From Mobula hypostoma (taxonomy: Eukaryota), in assembly GCF_963921235.1 (NCBI RefSeq), contig NC_086114.1, positions 35,154,001 through 35,218,000 on the forward strand: DNA of 64,000 bases, in the 5' to 3' direction. The notes beneath the pieces were generated by a model. That model did no database searches, was not told where the DNA came from, and was given only the letters and a program-made list of their open reading frames with translations. This document shows positions 62,326 to 64,000 of this stretch, in pieces (position 1 is the first letter of the stretch; each line of letters opens with the position of its first letter). The translations under genes were made by a program, and so were the position numbers.

Positions 62326-62466
62326 GATCTCAGTTCCTGCGATGCTTGGACCAAACCATAGGGATTCGTCTCACTCTTGAGGAGAGCAATGCTCTATTTA
62401 GTAAATATGACTTAAAGTGCAATGGCACCATCAACTACAAGCACTTCAATGATGTCATTGATAAAC
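62326..62466 (+). CDS. Next exon of the unidentified EF-hand protein; absent from the ORF track; the gene continues beyond the window
   Basis: Acceptor TCTGTCTTACAG|, phase-compatible with the previous exon. (R)SQFLRCLDQTIGIRLTLEESNALFSKYDLKCNGTINYKHFNDVIDK contains a second EF-hand. Donor C|GTAGGT. Confidence 0.82.
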
Positions 62467-63298
62467 GTAGGTGAAGATTGCCTAGGGGTGGGGGGGGGAA
62501 GAGTTGTGGGTAAATGTTGGAGACGCTTGGGGGTGGGATGGGGCAGAGTTATGGACAATGGAGATAGAAATTTGCTCTTGAATGTATGAACTGTAGGAGC
62601 ACTGTAAAAATGGCTGCATGCTCAGCTCTATTTATGAAATTTAGTTCACTGAACATATTATATGTCCTGCACTGGAAGCACAAAATCTCAAAGTGTGTAA
62701 TATTATCTACGCTAGGAATGCTGACATTTAAACATTCCAGTCCCTTCTCCATATTAACTTTACTTAGGCCAGATATAGGACAGCTGTTTCACCATTTTGC
62801 CCTAGCACGGTCTTTATTTCAAGCCTTCTTTGGAACATAGAACGTAGAAATCTACAGCATATCACAGGCCCTTCAGCCTACAATGTGTGCCAACCATGTG
62901 ACCTACTGTAGAAACTGCCTAGAGTTTCCATGATGTCTTTATCATTTCCCATTTCAGCCGTGCTATAGACATTTTCAGATTGTCAATTTGCTCCCTATTA
63001 AGGATATTTCTACAGAGAATGAATTGGGGATTCATTTCACATTAGCCACAAGAGCCAGTTTTTTTTAATATTAAGTGCAATCATGAACAATAGCCAGATC
63101 AGAAATGCTGATCAAGGCAACTAGTTCCCAAAGTGAACTCTGATAGGCCAATCAGATGGTTCACTGCTGCTCAGCGATAACAGGCACAAGGGTCGCTAGC
63201 CCCTGTACCCCAGAAACACACCAGAACAGTGCGGCAGAGGTATGTGCTATGCATGACCTGATCTGAAAGCATCATGTTGATTCATAACAGATCGTGTT

Positions 63299-63860
63299 CA
63301 TAGTCATAGTCATAGTCATAGTCATACTTTATTGATCCCAGGGGGAAATTGGTTTCCGTTACAGTTGCACCATAAATAATAAATAGTAATAGAACCATAA
63401 ATAGTTAAATAGTAATATGTAAATTATGCCAGTAAATTATGAAATAAGTCCAGGACCAGCCTATCGGCACAGGGTGTCTGACCCTCCAAGGGAGGAGTTG
63501 TAAAGTTTGATGGCCACAGGCAGGAATGACTTCCTATGACGCTCTGTGCTGCATCTTGGAGGAATGAGTCTCTGGCTGAATGTACTCCTGTGCCCACCCA
63601 GTACATTATGTAGTGGATGGGAGACATTGACCAAGATGGCACGCAACTTAGACAGCATCCTCTTATCAGACACCACCGTGAGAGAGTCCAGTTCCATCCC
63701 CACAACGTCACTGGCCTTACAAATAAGTTTGTTGATTCTGTTGGTGTCTGCTACCCTCAGCCTGCTGCCCCAGCACACTACAGCAAACATGATAGCACTG
63801 GCCACCACAGACTCTTAGAACATCCTCAGCATCGTCCGGCAGATGTTAAAGGACCTTCAC
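63299..63860 (-). mobile_element. Rex1/Babar-type LINE 3' fragment
   Basis: VASAIMFAVVCWGS..NRINKLICKAS..HPLH..RCSTERHRKSFLPVAIKLYN and a (CATAGT)n tail. Confidence 0.85.
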
Positions 63861-64000
63861 GGTGGAACAGCTTAGTTAAGGATAGGGTGATCAGCACAAA
63901 TGGACAAATTATACCTCCACTACCCTGGAAGGAGTAATAAAGGAGATTTTAATACCATTCAAGGTCACATTTGGATCTAGAAATGAATAGACAAAGTCTT

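Noticed and set aside
1-64000. CRISPR arrays, operons, rRNA or true tRNA genes
   Set aside because: Eukaryotic DNA. Short tandem repeats are LINE tails, and tRNA-like boxes belong to SINE heads without full cloverleafs.

Overview
Vertebrate, intron-containing, repeat-rich genomic DNA. The repeat families (CR1, Rex1/Babar, Penelope, Tx1, tRNA-SINEs) suggest a cartilaginous fish, probably a ray; this assignment is inference. Three host genes can be built by hand from splice sites and reading frames. (1) A complete 3-exon Nodal gene on + (5185-5476, 9513-10294, 15964-16116; 408 aa) with a TATA box, a pair of FoxH1 sites at the start of intron 1 (ASE-like enhancer) and a poly(A) signal. (2) A complete 3-exon eif4ebp2 gene on - (47101-46969, 41084-40911, 34155-34124; 112 aa), tail-to-tail with nodal, as at the mammalian NODAL-EIF4EBP2 locus. 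(3) Two exons of an unidentified degenerate EF-hand-pair gene on + (61055-61170, 62326-62466), divergent from eif4ebp2 and running out of the window. The rest is mostly transposable elements: a young CR1 with an uninterrupted 932-codon ORF2 in eif4ebp2 intron 2, nested Tigger/Penelope insertions in nodal intron 2, Tc1 and Harbinger non-autonomous elements, and a Penelope terminus with an apparently intact minimal hammerhead ribozyme. I see no clearly new multi-gene system. The best leads are the polybasic, non-canonically cleavable Nodal precursor, the unidentified EF-hand gene and the ribozyme.
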